Assembly (NCBI GenBank): GCA_963783575.1
Contig: CAWAOD010000009.1
Location: 288,001 to 352,000, forward strand
Source of the DNA: an uncultured Spirochaetota bacterium
GTDB lineage: Bacteria > Spirochaetota > Brevinematia > Brevinematales > JAOACQ01
Length of the DNA stretch: 64,000 bases
Direction of reading: 5' to 3'
Made by a program: the position numbers and the translations under genes. This document shows, in pieces, positions 50,606 to 61,317 of this stretch (position 1 is its first letter; each line of letters starts with the position of its first letter). The notes below the pieces were generated by a model. That model had not been told where the DNA came from and ran no database searches. It saw nothing but the letters and a program-made list of their open reading frames with translations.

Positions 50606-50670
50606 ATCAAAAATACAATCCTCCGAATTTAACTTATTTCACTTAATGTGTAATTATAAATAATTTAGAA

Positions 50671-51495
50671 TTAACTTCCAAGTATTTTTTTATGATAATT
50701 AAACAGGTCGATCCATTTTTCCCGGGCGATTTCTTCCGGCCTTAACCCGGGATCAACCCCGATTTCATTAAGTTTACCGGAATCAAAGCCCAGATTTTTA
50801 AGGTTGTTTATAATAGTTTTTCTTCTCGATTGAAATGCCTTTCTAAGGAATGAATTTAATTCCTTCTGTGGGATGGGCTTTCTTCTTTTTATGATCTTTA
50901 TTACACTTGAATCGATGGATGGTGCAGGAAAGAAATTATTTCTTCCGATTTCAAAGAGGATATATATTTCAAGATAATATTGAGAAAGAATTGAAAAGAC
51001 TCCATATCCTTCTTTACCCGGTTCGGCTATCATTCTGTCCGCAAATTCTTTTTGAAGCATTACAATACCAGCTTGCAGTCTATCCGAATCAATGAATTTT
51101 CTAATTGCTTCTCCCGAAATCGAATAAGGCAGGTTGGAAACAAAAAACAATTCCTTTTCCGGTATTCCGGAAAAATCATATTTTAAGAAATCATTATTCA
51201 ATAAAATAAGATTATTATTTTGATACAGCCTGCCGAAAAGCCTGGAAATCCCATTATCGATCTCCAGGGAATACGTTTTACGTGTCCCGGCTAATAAAAT
51301 GGTAAGGCTGCCCAACCCGCTGCCCACTTCAAAAAAAGGCATATTGCCGTTTCCGGACAAACAAGCCGCTTCGGCTATTTTTTCAGCGGAGTTTCTATCG
51401 ATAAGGTAATTCTGCCCTCTATCCTTTGAAAGGTGAAGTTTCTCTCTGCTTAAAATATTTTTAATAAAAACAGGGGAATAAGGATTATATTCCAT
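50671..51495 (-). CDS. rsmA: 16S rRNA adenine dimethyltransferase
   Basis: GQNYL.D, EVGSGLGSLT, EID, SNLPY, MLQKE and F.P.P.IDS motifs. Confidence 0.93.
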   Translation of the reverse strand: MEYNPYSPVFIKNILSREKLHLSKDRGQNYLIDRNSAEKIAEAACLSGNGNMPFFEVGSGLGSLTILLAGTRKTYSLEIDNGISRLFGRLYQNNNLILLNNDFLKYDFSGIPEKELFFVSNLPYSISGEAIRKFIDSDRLQAGIVMLQKEFADRMIAEPGKEGYGVFSILSQYYLEIYILFEIGRNNFFPAPSIDSSVIKIIKRRKPIPQKELNSFLRKAFQSRRKTIINNLKNLGFDSGKLNEIGVDPGLRPEEIAREKWIDLFNYHKKILGS

Positions 51496-51530
51496 TCATG
51501 CTTCCAATTATAATAAAAGTTGTCATTACA

Positions 51531-52541
51531 TTATTCATCGATACCCAGCTTTTTTTTGATTTTCTGGACGGTCTTAATAAGTTCAGGCAGTTTTGCCAGG
51601 GAAAAATGTATCCGCTTCTGTTCCATAAAATCCCTGGCTGGCGAACCGAAAAGAATTTTGTTATCTTCAACGGGTTTACTATCCACACCTGATTGCGCCA
51701 AAACAACTACATTATTTCCAATCTTGGCATGATCTGCTATACCAACCTGCCCGGTCAGGATACAATTTTTACCAATTGTAGAACTGCCGGCAATCCCGGT
51801 CTGTGAAATGACGATTGTATTCTCGCCGATTTTAACATTATGCGCTATCTGTACAAGATTGTCTACCTTAACACCTTTGCTAATAACCGTTGCCCCGATC
51901 ATTGCGCGGTCAACTGTTACACAGGCTCCTATTTCCACATCATCCCCGATGATTATTTTTCCGATATGAGAAATTTTTATGTTTTCACCGTCTTTCTGGA
52001 TATAACTGAATCCGTCTCCGCCTATTACCGCATTATGATGTATAATTACGCGGTCCCCGATTTCCGTTTCATCATCAATCTTTACACCGGCTTTTATCAG
52101 GCACCCATTACCTATTTTCACATTTTTGCCTATGAAAACCTGCGAATATATTGTTGTCCCCTCACCGATCTCTGCATTGTCCATTATATTGGTAAAAGGC
52201 AATACTGAAACATTCTCTCCTATTTTTGCCGATTTTTCAATATAAACATTCGGGTAAACCTGATTTTTATATTTCTTATAAGGACTGAAAATTTCAAGGA
52301 CTTTTGAAAAGGCAATTTTGGGATTATCAACTGTAATGTACGGTTTTTCATTTACTTCCATACCTTTTAGCGTAATAATGGCTGCAACCTGAGAAAGTGC
52401 CAATAATTCAAGATTTTTCTTATTTTCGGCATAAGCTATAGTATTTTCATTTTGAGATTCAAGGTCGGACACACCGGTTATTTCCACATCGGGTCCATTA
52501 AACTCTCCGCCTATTTTTTCTGCAATTTTTGATAAATTCAT
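51531..52541 (-). CDS. lpxD: UDP-3-O-acylglucosamine N-acyltransferase
   Basis: Hexapeptide repeats; IG.DGF.Y, DDVEIGA..T.DR and KVDNLVQIAHNV motifs. Confidence 0.95.
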   Translation of the reverse strand: MNLSKIAEKIGGEFNGPDVEITGVSDLESQNENTIAYAENKKNLELLALSQVAAIITLKGMEVNEKPYITVDNPKIAFSKVLEIFSPYKKYKNQVYPNVYIEKSAKIGENVSVLPFTNIMDNAEIGEGTTIYSQVFIGKNVKIGNGCLIKAGVKIDDETEIGDRVIIHHNAVIGGDGFSYIQKDGENIKISHIGKIIIGDDVEIGACVTVDRAMIGATVISKGVKVDNLVQIAHNVKIGENTIVISQTGIAGSSTIGKNCILTGQVGIADHAKIGNNVVVLAQSGVDSKPVEDNKILFGSPARDFMEQKRIHFSLAKLPELIKTVQKIKKKLGIDE

Positions 52542-52718
52542 TAGTTTTCTCCTAAAAATTATATAATAATATAACATCCTTTGGAGAAAATTTACAATTT
52601 AGTCATTGATTGCATACTAATTTTATAGCATATAAATCCATATAATTGGATTACTTGGCCAAATATAATTGCTATTTTCTTCAGAAATAATTATTATTTT
52701 TAACAAATTCATTTTATT

Positions 52719-53648
52719 ATGACAGAGGAGTATTTATTTTTGAGTAAAGTTATTCTTTATATACTATTAATTATCCTACCGCTACTTTGCTTTTCTGCTT
52801 CGGACGATTTATCAGGAATCATTAACCGGCTGGAACTATCTGCAAAGCGGATTTTTACAAATAGTTCCGGGGAAATCTTCATTAAGATAACTAATAATTT
52901 TGATTTGTCCATATATATGGTGGATGCAAAAGAACAGACTCGCAATCTTGCAAAAATTTACGCTATAAATTTTGAGGGTGGAAAAGCCGACCGCATGTTT
53001 TTTTTGAATGAAATGTTTGAAAGCCTCCGTACTTACCAGTATTTCCAGAGTTCTCATACAATTCAAAATAACGGTTATATAACTTCTTTTACTGAACTTA
53101 CAGATTGGGCAGTTACAAATGAAAAAGACAATTCATTTTTAATAACACTTTATTCAAAAATAAAATATGAGAATATTCAGGGCGGAATTGAACCGCATTT
53201 TTTTATTAATGCGGCAATGAATACAAGCACCAATATTCATAATAAAACAAGACTTTCTTATTCCGGCAATATTTTCCTGAACGGTGAAGAAATGGAATTG
53301 CATATTCAAACGGAAGACGATGGCTATATTTACATTTATAATATAGAAGAGAGCGGAATATGTGATATGATTTTTCCTAATAAATATGATGCCGATAATA
53401 TCATCCGGGCGGGTCTGATATTCATCCTTCCTACTGATATAGAAAGAAAAGCCGGATTGAAATATACTCTCGGAGTTTCGCCGAATTCAGATGAAACATT
53501 GGGAATAATTAGAATTGTTACTGTAAAAAAGCCTTTAATAAATGCAGATATAACTAATTTTGATGCTTTTGCCGGTATATTTGTTAAGATTAACCGGGAT
53601 GAGCTGGAGTTTTATGATATAGGATATAGAGTAATAAAAAATAATTGA
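52719..53648 (+). CDS. Secreted DUF4384-domain protein
   Basis: F..GE, DGY.YIY, IFPN.Y..DN.I.AG motifs. Confidence 0.6.
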   Translation: MTEEYLFLSKVILYILLIILPLLCFSASDDLSGIINRLELSAKRIFTNSSGEIFIKITNNFDLSIYMVDAKEQTRNLAKIYAINFEGGKADRMFFLNEMFESLRTYQYFQSSHTIQNNGYITSFTELTDWAVTNEKDNSFLITLYSKIKYENIQGGIEPHFFINAAMNTSTNIHNKTRLSYSGNIFLNGEEMELHIQTEDDGYIYIYNIEESGICDMIFPNKYDADNIIRAGLIFILPTDIERKAGLKYTLGVSPNSDETLGIIRIVTVKKPLINADITNFDAFAGIFVKINRDELEFYDIGYRVIKNN

Positions 53649-53656
53649 GTGATGGA

Positions 53657-54220
53657 TTAATTAATAATTTTCATGATAAGCGTTTCCAAATCATCATAAG
53701 CTTTTTCTAAAATATTATTGATAATAATATAATCATATTTATCGGAGTAATTCATCTCCGAAACGGCATTTTCCATCCTTGTATGAATACTGCCGAGGCT
53801 TTCGGACTTCCTTTTTTTAATTCGTTTCTTCAGTTCATTAATTGATGGCGGAGAAATAAATATCAATGAACTTTCGGGGAAAATCCTTTTAATATTCATT
53901 CCTCCCTGGACATCTACGTCCAGCAGGCAGTTTTTACCCGAGTTTATAATTCTTTCAACTTCCGACTTTAATGTCCCATAAAGATTTTTATAAACAATCG
54001 CCCATTCAACCAACTCATTATTCTCAATTTTATTTTTAAATTCATCCTTACTAATAAAGAAATAATCCTTACCTTCTTTTTCGCCTGATCTTTGAGGTCT
54101 TGTTGTTGCTGATACCGAAAACGCAATCGATTCCTGGTACTTATCAAGGATTTTCCTGTATAATGTCGTTTTTCCAACTCCGGAGGGGCCTGATATAACG
54201 ATGATCTTGCCCTTCTTCAT
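53657..54220 (-). CDS. gmk: Guanylate kinase
   Basis: SGPSGVGKTT, SATTR..R.GE..G.DY.F, YGT and DVQG motifs. Confidence 0.97.
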   Translation of the reverse strand: MKKGKIIVISGPSGVGKTTLYRKILDKYQESIAFSVSATTRPQRSGEKEGKDYFFISKDEFKNKIENNELVEWAIVYKNLYGTLKSEVERIINSGKNCLLDVDVQGGMNIKRIFPESSLIFISPPSINELKKRIKKRKSESLGSIHTRMENAVSEMNYSDKYDYIIINNILEKAYDDLETLIMKIIN

Positions 54221-54223
54221 ATA

Positions 54224-55111
54224 TTACTCCAGATTTCTTAATTGTTCCCTGATCTTCTCTATTTCGCCCTTAATCATAATTGTATTCTCAATGATAGTAT
54301 ACTCGCTCGATTTTGAAGCAATGGTATTTGTCTCCCTGTTCATTTCCTGGCTTATAAAATCCAATTTTTTACTGTCGCCTGTCATTATTCCATCAATAAT
54401 TTTTTTAAACTGGCTTAAATGACTTTTTAAGCGGACAATTTCCTCATTAATCGCAGTTCTTGAAGCTATCATTTCAAGCTCCAGAAGCAGCCGGTTATTT
54501 GCCAGCTGGTCTTCAAAAGATCCGGGCATTAATTCTAAAAGCCTTTCTTTTAAAGATTTTTTGTATTTCTCAAGACTTTCCGGATATATTTTTTCTATAA
54601 AAGCCGTGCTTTCTTTTATTATATTAAGTGACTTTTCTATATCTTCCCTTGTTTTTGCGCCTTCTGAAAGCATCATTTCCATAATTTTTTCAAGCAAAGA
54701 ATCAAGCGTTTTCATTATAGTTTCGAATAAATCTTCATATCCTCCGATTCTCTCAATCTGTAAAATATTATTAAATGAGATAAAATCTTTCATAGCCAGA
54801 TCGGAGACTATACCGATTTTTTGAGAAAGTGAAACAAGAGCGGTCTCATATTTTTCAGCAAGCTCGTAATTAACGATAATATTATAATTCTGAGCATCTT
54901 TTTCAACAATCTTAAGGTATAAATCGATTTTACCGCGTTTTAGTTTACTATTAATGGCATTTTTAATATCATTTTCCCATTCTTCAATCGACGCGTTGGA
55001 TTTCATTTTAAACTCAAAGTATCTAGAATTGACGCTTTTTATCTCCATTGAGACATCATACTTTTCAGTATTGATATACTCACTAGCAAATCCTGTCATG
55101 CTTCTGATCAT
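54224..55111 (-). CDS. yicC: YicC/YloC family endoribonuclease
   Basis: MIRSMTGF, EIKSVNSRY, EE..RLKSH and LDF..QEMNRE.NT..SK motifs. Confidence 0.92.
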   Translation of the reverse strand: MIRSMTGFASEYINTEKYDVSMEIKSVNSRYFEFKMKSNASIEEWENDIKNAINSKLKRGKIDLYLKIVEKDAQNYNIIVNYELAEKYETALVSLSQKIGIVSDLAMKDFISFNNILQIERIGGYEDLFETIMKTLDSLLEKIMEMMLSEGAKTREDIEKSLNIIKESTAFIEKIYPESLEKYKKSLKERLLELMPGSFEDQLANNRLLLELEMIASRTAINEEIVRLKSHLSQFKKIIDGIMTGDSKKLDFISQEMNRETNTIASKSSEYTIIENTIMIKGEIEKIREQLRNLE

Positions 55112-55862
55112 TTCTATCCCCTTCAATAGGATACTTACTATTTACTTTACTTTTTATTTCATTCAGAACTTTTTCCGCCGCTTTTTGTTCCGCATCTTTT
55201 TTTGTCCTGCCTGTTGCAGTTGCAGCATATTCATTATGAATACTTACCCTGACCTCAAAAATTTTATTATGATCGGGTCCCGATTCATTGATTACCTGAT
55301 AAACCGGGTATTCTTTAAACTTTGAAATCGACCATTTTTGAATCTGCGTTTTATAATCCCTGGTTCCTGTTTTAAGCCTTTTGCTAATTTCATCTTCCAT
55401 CAATTTTTTTACAAAAGCTAGCGCCCCTTTAAAACCCTTTTCAAGAAACAAAACTCCTATAATCGATTCTATTATATCCGCGGCGACCTTTTCTTTTGCT
55501 CTTGTATCGGAAAGGGTTTCCCCCTTGCCAAGATTGATATAAGCAAGTATATTGTATGATATCGCAATTTCCGAGAGTGTTTTTTCATCAACCAGGCTTG
55601 ATCTTAATGCCGATAAACCGCCCTCTGTTAGCTTTGGGTTATTTATAAAAAGGATAAACGCGACTGACGCATTCAATATTGAATCTCCAAGAAATTCCAG
55701 CCTCTCGTAAGTTTCATTGTATTCATTGGCTTTATCCAGGCATGACGAATGGGTTAGCGCCCTATCCAGCATATAATATTTTTTGATTTTTATATCCAGC
55801 TTCCGGCATAATATTTTAAGCTTTTTGATACGAATGGGTGAAATCTTCTCTTTATCCTTCAT
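55083..55862 (-). CDS. rnc: Ribonuclease III
   Basis: ALTHSS and ERLEFLGD motifs; dsRBD with GPDH.K.F and KK.AEQ.AA. Confidence 0.96.
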   Translation of the reverse strand: MKDKEKISPIRIKKLKILCRKLDIKIKKYYMLDRALTHSSCLDKANEYNETYERLEFLGDSILNASVAFILFINNPKLTEGGLSALRSSLVDEKTLSEIAISYNILAYINLGKGETLSDTRAKEKVAADIIESIIGVLFLEKGFKGALAFVKKLMEDEISKRLKTGTRDYKTQIQKWSISKFKEYPVYQVINESGPDHNKIFEVRVSIHNEYAATATGRTKKDAEQKAAEKVLNEIKSKVNSKYPIEGDRNDQKHDRIC

Positions 55863-57105
55863 ATTTCTTGAAAACAAGGGTTGCATTATGACCACCAAAA
55901 CCAAAAGAATTGCTGAGGGCAAAAGTCAAATCACATTTAACCGGTTTATTCGGAGTATAATTAAGATCGCATTCCGGATCGGGATTATCCAGATTAATTG
56001 TTGGATGTACAATTCCGGATTGGATCATCTTAATGACAGCTATGGCTTCAATCGCCCCCGATGCTCCAAGTGAATGCCCGGTCATTGACTTTGTTGAATT
56101 AATATTTAATTTATAAGCGTAATCTCCGAAGACTGATTTTAAAGCCTTTGTCTCTGCAATATCACCGAGTTCCGTCGATGTGCCGTGAGTATTTACAAGC
56201 TGAATATCCTGGGGGCTTAAGCCGGCTTTTTTAAGTGAGTTCTTCATTGCTATAGCAGCGCCGCTTCCATCGCCGCATGGCGCTGTAATATGATGGGCAT
56301 CCCCACTTACACCGTAAGAAATAAGTTCGGCATGTATCTTCGCACCTCTTTTCTTAGCATGCTCCAATTCCTCAAGAACCAATATGCCGGAACCTTCGGC
56401 CATAACAAACCCATCCCTGCCTTTATCGAAAGGCCTTGAAGCCTTTGCCGGATTATCGTTATAATGAGTTGAGAGGGCAAGAGCCTGGGTAAAACCTGCA
56501 TATCCGATGTTTGTTATTGCAGCTTCTGAGCCACCTGTTATAACAATATCGGCATCCCCAAGCAGGATATGATTAAATGCCGCGCATATACTGTGAGAAG
56601 CCGAAGCGCATGCCGAAACTACTGAATAATTCGGCCCCCTGAAACCGTATTCGATCGAAACATATCCCGAAGCGATGTCGCTTATAAGCATGGGTATTAA
56701 GAGCGGTGACACTTTTTTATGACCTGAAGTGTAAAGTTTAACGGAATTATCATAGAAAGTCTGAATACCGCCGATCCCCGAACCGATAATCACACCGATT
56801 CTTTCTCTGTCAATATTTGAATTCAAAATCCTGCTATCATTAATCGCTTCTTTTGCCGCCGCAAAAGCAAACTGACAATAACGGTCCATTCTTTTAACCT
56901 GTTTTTTTCCCATATAATTTTCAGGATTAAAATCCTCATTGTTAACCTGACCTCCGATTAAAGAAGGAGAGTCTTTTAAATCAATATTTGTAACTTTTTT
57001 AATTCCGGATTTACCGTTCTTTAAACCTTCCCAAAATTCCTCGACATTCATTCCAACCGGATTTATCGTTCCCATTCCGGTCACAACAATCTTCCGTAAT
57101 TCCAT
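55852..57105 (-). CDS. fabF: 3-oxoacyl-ACP synthase II
   Basis: SACAS, HGTST, KSMTGH.LGA and SNSFGFGGHN motifs. Confidence 0.97.
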   Translation of the reverse strand: MELRKIVVTGMGTINPVGMNVEEFWEGLKNGKSGIKKVTNIDLKDSPSLIGGQVNNEDFNPENYMGKKQVKRMDRYCQFAFAAAKEAINDSRILNSNIDRERIGVIIGSGIGGIQTFYDNSVKLYTSGHKKVSPLLIPMLISDIASGYVSIEYGFRGPNYSVVSACASASHSICAAFNHILLGDADIVITGGSEAAITNIGYAGFTQALALSTHYNDNPAKASRPFDKGRDGFVMAEGSGILVLEELEHAKKRGAKIHAELISYGVSGDAHHITAPCGDGSGAAIAMKNSLKKAGLSPQDIQLVNTHGTSTELGDIAETKALKSVFGDYAYKLNINSTKSMTGHSLGASGAIEAIAVIKMIQSGIVHPTINLDNPDPECDLNYTPNKPVKCDLTFALSNSFGFGGHNATLVFKKYEG

Positions 57106-57204
57106 CTCAATTCCTCCTGACTAGCATGTTGCTTGATCCTAATAAATTAATTCCACCCTAAAATTTTTACAATAAAAACTTTAATTCCATCTTGTTTGTT
57201 AATA

Positions 57205-57951
57205 CTAAGACATTACCATACCGCCATCAACCGTTATAACCTGCCCGGTAATATAATCGGCTTCTGCGGAAGAAAGAAATAATACCGCCTTCGCGATATC
57301 CTCAGGCTGTCCCATTTTTTTCAACGGGATTAATTTAAGCATCTCTTCTTTAACATTATCCGGAAGTTTATCAGTCATGGCAGTCTGGATGTATCCCGGC
57401 GCCACAGCGTTAACATTAACATTCCTTCCGGCAAGCTCCTTTGCTGCGGTTTTTGTCAGGGCTATTACACCGGCTTTACTTGCAGCATAATTCGCCTGTC
57501 CGGCATTACCCATCAATCCTATAACAGATGCAATATTAACAATTTTTCCGCTTCTCTGTTTCATCATTACCGGATAAACTGCTTTTATACCATTAAAAAC
57601 ACCCTTCATATTTATATTAATGACAATATCAAAATCTTCCGGTGTCATTTTCAGTATTAGTTTGTCCCTTGTTATCCCGGCATTATTAACCAGTATATCA
57701 ACGCTTCCAAATTCTTCCTTTGTTTTATTGATCATAGATTCGACTTCACTGTATTTTGATACGTCAATCTTTAAGGCGAAACTTTTTCTGCCCAGATTCC
57801 TTATCTCTAAAGCTGTTTCTTCGGCAGCTTCAAGCATAACGTCTACAATTGCAACATTAGCTCCTTCATTCGCAAGTTTCATTGCTATGGCTTTCCCAAT
57901 ACCCCTTGCCGAACCTGTAACAATCGCATTTTTATTATCAAGTTTTCCCAT
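57205..57951 (-). CDS. fabG: 3-oxoacyl-ACP reductase
   Basis: TGSARGIG, NNAGITRD, GQANYAASK and VDGGM motifs. Confidence 0.96.
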   Translation of the reverse strand: MGKLDNKNAIVTGSARGIGKAIAMKLANEGANVAIVDVMLEAAEETALEIRNLGRKSFALKIDVSKYSEVESMINKTKEEFGSVDILVNNAGITRDKLILKMTPEDFDIVININMKGVFNGIKAVYPVMMKQRSGKIVNIASVIGLMGNAGQANYAASKAGVIALTKTAAKELAGRNVNVNAVAPGYIQTAMTDKLPDNVKEEMLKLIPLKKMGQPEDIAKAVLFLSSAEADYITGQVITVDGGMVMS

Positions 57952-58100
57952 TTATCATAACCTCCTAATTTTATCAGGTATTGTTAATATAACAGGGACA
58001 GTTCCATTTTATTTAAAAGCCGGTTTTAATTTGATTTTCGAACTGCCCATAGATTATCAATAATTTTCATTTAAAAATCAAGAAAGATGCTTGTAAAATA

Positions 58101-59084
58101 TTACCATTTTAATATGGTGGCTCCCCATGTCAAACCGGCTCCGAAGGCCACCATTGCAACTAAATCGCCTTTCTGCAATCTTCCTTCGGAATGGGCTTCA
58201 GCTATAGCAACCGGTATTGTTGCGGCGCTCATATTGCCATATTTGGCCAAATTCATAAAGACTTTATCTTGCGGAAATGAAAGTCTCTCGGCTACACTTT
58301 TGATAATACGTTCATTCGCCTGGTGAGGAATTAAAAGTTTTATATCTTCCACTTTAATATTCAATTCCCTGATTAATTCATCCATAACATCCGCCATAAA
58401 TCTAACTGCGACCTTAAACGTAGCATTCCCATTCATCCGAAGAAAATGTTGCCCACGGTCAATTGTTTCATGACTTGCAGGTTTATAGGATCCGCCGGCT
58501 TCTATATATAATAAATCCTTATAATTGCCATCACCGCGAAGACGGAATCCAAGAAAACCCGAATCATCGGAATCATTCCTGGTAACCACAACAGCGCCGG
58601 CACCGTCTCCGAAAAGAACACAGGTATTTCTGTCTTTCCAGTCCGCGACTCTGGAAAGGGTCTCAGAGGCAACAACAAGAACATTTTTATACATGCCGGA
58701 AACAATATAAGCATTTGCCATCGAAACACCGTAAATAAAACCTGAACATGCCGCCTCAATATCAACCGTACCGGCTTTTGGAATCTGCAGCTTATCCTGC
58801 AGAAGACAAGCTGAAGCCGGAAACAACATATCGGGAGTGGCCGTGCAAAAGATTACCATTTCTATTTCCTCTTTTGCAATTTTCGCCATATCAATAGCCT
58901 TCTGTGCTGCAATAACGCCCATTGTAAAAGATGTTTCCTCCGGAGCGGCTATATGCCTTTCTTTAATCCCTGTCCTTGTAGTTATCCATTCGTCATTTGT
59001 TTCAACCATTTTTTCCAGATCATGATTCGTTAATATTTTTTGCGGTATATACTTACCGACGCCTGAAATTTTAGCCTTAATCAA
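58101..59084 (-). CDS. fabH: 3-oxoacyl-ACP synthase III (intact copy)
   Basis: AACSGF, PHQAN, YGNMSAA and FGAGLTWG motifs; 327 aa. Confidence 0.96.
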   Translation of the reverse strand: MIKAKISGVGKYIPQKILTNHDLEKMVETNDEWITTRTGIKERHIAAPEETSFTMGVIAAQKAIDMAKIAKEEIEMVIFCTATPDMLFPASACLLQDKLQIPKAGTVDIEAACSGFIYGVSMANAYIVSGMYKNVLVVASETLSRVADWKDRNTCVLFGDGAGAVVVTRNDSDDSGFLGFRLRGDGNYKDLLYIEAGGSYKPASHETIDRGQHFLRMNGNATFKVAVRFMADVMDELIRELNIKVEDIKLLIPHQANERIIKSVAERLSFPQDKVFMNLAKYGNMSAATIPVAIAEAHSEGRLQKGDLVAMVAFGAGLTWGATILKW

Positions 59085-59106
59085 TTTTGCCCTCCAAACT
59101 AATTTA

Positions 59107-60090
59107 TTACCATTTTAAAATACTTGCTCCCCAGGTAAACCCTCCGCCGATAGCCACAAAAGCAATTACCCCGCCATTTTTGATTTTACCGTCTTCAAAA
59201 GCCTCCGTTAATGCTATCGGAATTGTGGCTGCACTAGTATTTCCATATTTTGCAATATTTATAAAAATTCTTTCTTCGGGTAAATTTAATCTTTCCGCTA
59301 ATCCATTTATTATACGAATATTTGCCTGATGAGGTATAAGAAGATTAATATCACTTACTGTCAGATTCAGGTCATTTAATAATTCTTCCATAATATCGGA
59401 CATAGACCGAATGGCAATTTTAAACGTAGATTTCCCGTTCATTCTGAGAAAATGAAGCCCTTGCTCCACGGTTTCATGAGTTGCGGGCTTATATGAGCCT
59501 CCTGCGGTTAAATATAAAAAGTCTTTATAACTTCCATTCCCCCGCAATTTAAATCCAAGAAAACCTGATTCTGCCGAACCAGACCTCGATACAACCACTG
59601 CTCCGGCGCCATCCCCAAAAAGCACACAGGTATTTCTATCCTTCCAGTCAATAATTCTGGACATAGCTTCCGATCCGATAACAAGAATATTTTCATACAT
59701 GCCGGAAACAATATATGCATTGGCTAGAGACATCCCGTAAATAAATCCTGAACAAGCCGCTTCAATATCTACCGTTCCTGCATTATTAAGTCTAAGCTTT
59801 TCCTGGACAAGGCATGCCGATGCCGGGAAAAGATAATCCGGACTCATAGTAGAAAATATTATCATATCAATTGCATCTTTAGAAACTCCGGACATCCTGA
59901 TCGCCTCTTTAGCGGCTTCCATACCCATGGTCGATGATGTCTAATGAACACCGGCGATACGCCTTTCTTTGATCCCGGTCCTTGTCGTTATCCATTCATC
60001 ATTTGTTTCAACCATTTTTTCAAGGTCGAAATTCGTTAATATCTTTTCAGGGAGGTACTTACCCACCCCAGTAATTTTAGCCCTGAACAA
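59107..60090 (-). pseudogene. fabH: Second 3-oxoacyl-ACP synthase III with in-frame TAG at codon 50 (59941-59943)
   Basis: GGAGGT RBS plus TTG 60090; 984 nt like the paralog; reads RIAGVH*TSSTMG; catalytic Cys/His/Asn retained. Confidence 0.85.
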
Positions 60091-60121
60091 AATGCACCTC
60101 CGGTACTCCTGAGTCGCTTGA

Positions 60122-60160
60122 TCGAAAGTCATTTAGTCAATTTGACTAAATGACTTTCGA
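60122..60160. promoter_or_regulatory. Perfect 19-bp inverted repeat (39-bp palindrome), possible operator
   Basis: TCGAAAGTCATTTAGTCAA-T-TTGACTAAATGACTTTCGA. Confidence 0.55.
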
Positions 60161-60252
60161 CTAAAACACCAATTGATTAAAATTTTATACAATTAATAAT
60201 TCAGTATGTTGGAATAGTAAACTAATTCGAATTTTGAAGGGAAATTCTTCTG

Positions 60253-61305
60253 TTATTGCGATTCGGTAAGATGAAGCTCCTCGATTTTTCTATTTATTTT
60301 ACCTAATATATCGCTTCTGACAGCGTTAGCAGCATTTATTATTCCGCATTTAACAGCTTCCCTTCCGGACTTGCCATGACCTATAAAGATGTTGCCGTTT
60401 ACCCCAAGAAGCGGAGCTCCGCCATGTCCTTCCGGGTCCATTGTCTTTTTTAATGTCTTTATTGCCCCTTTATAAAAAACAAATGACAGAGTGGCAGAAA
60501 TACTTTTTTTAACCGCGCTTTTAAGTATTGTAGACACTGCTTTTCCTGCTCCTTCAGCAATTTTTAAACCAATATTACCTATATATCCATCGCAAACCAC
60601 AACATCGACATCATCGGAAAATAATTGATCGCCTTCAATATTACCAATAAAATTGATATCCATCTCCGATAGTCTTTTATAGGTAGCTTTTGCCGTTGAT
60701 GTGCCTTTATGAGATTCTTCACCGATATTTAAAAGCCCAATTCTTGGATTATTAATACCTAAAAGTTCCTGGATATAAATTTTACCCATAGCCGCAAACT
60801 TTATCAGATCATCGGATTCACACTCGGCGCTGGCCCCAACATCAAGTACAAGGTTCGCACTTCCAACAACATTTGGAATAAACGCTGCCAGTGCGGGCTT
60901 TTTGACGCCTTTAATGCGCCCCATTATTAGTGATGCCGCAACGACAATTGCACCGGTATTGCCCGGCGAAAAGAAACCGTCGATCTCTCCTGCTTTATGA
61001 GCCTGTAATCCCCTGACAATACTGGAATCTTTTTTCTGCTTGATCACGGTAAGCGGATCATCTTCCATTGTAATTATTTCCGAAGCTTCTAAAATGCTAA
61101 TCCTCTGAATAGACTTTTTCTTAATGATCAATCTTTTATTTTGCAATAAAGGACGGTAAATATCACCCTTCCCAATCATAATTACTTCAATGTCTGGAAC
61201 AGCTTCAACACCGTCTATACATCCATGGACCAACTCATCAATTGCAGATTCACCGCTAATCAGATCAACACCGATTCTAATAGTTTTTCCCATAGATAGT
61301 TCCAA
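60253..61305 (-). CDS. plsX: Phosphate acyltransferase
   Basis: KKDSS, S.GNTGA, LDVGA, LLNIGEE..KG, F.GNIEG and GGAPLLG motifs. Confidence 0.95.
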   Translation of the reverse strand: MELSMGKTIRIGVDLISGESAIDELVHGCIDGVEAVPDIEVIMIGKGDIYRPLLQNKRLIIKKKSIQRISILEASEIITMEDDPLTVIKQKKDSSIVRGLQAHKAGEIDGFFSPGNTGAIVVAASLIMGRIKGVKKPALAAFIPNVVGSANLVLDVGASAECESDDLIKFAAMGKIYIQELLGINNPRIGLLNIGEESHKGTSTAKATYKRLSEMDINFIGNIEGDQLFSDDVDVVVCDGYIGNIGLKIAEGAGKAVSTILKSAVKKSISATLSFVFYKGAIKTLKKTMDPEGHGGAPLLGVNGNIFIGHGKSGREAVKCGIINAANAVRSDILGKINRKIEELHLTESQ

Positions 61306-61317
61306 CCACTAATCAAT

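Noticed and set aside
59941..59943. Genome-wide TAG reassignment
   Set aside because: TAG is the normal terminator of acr3, trpF, flaA, the TonB receptor and fabG in this window.
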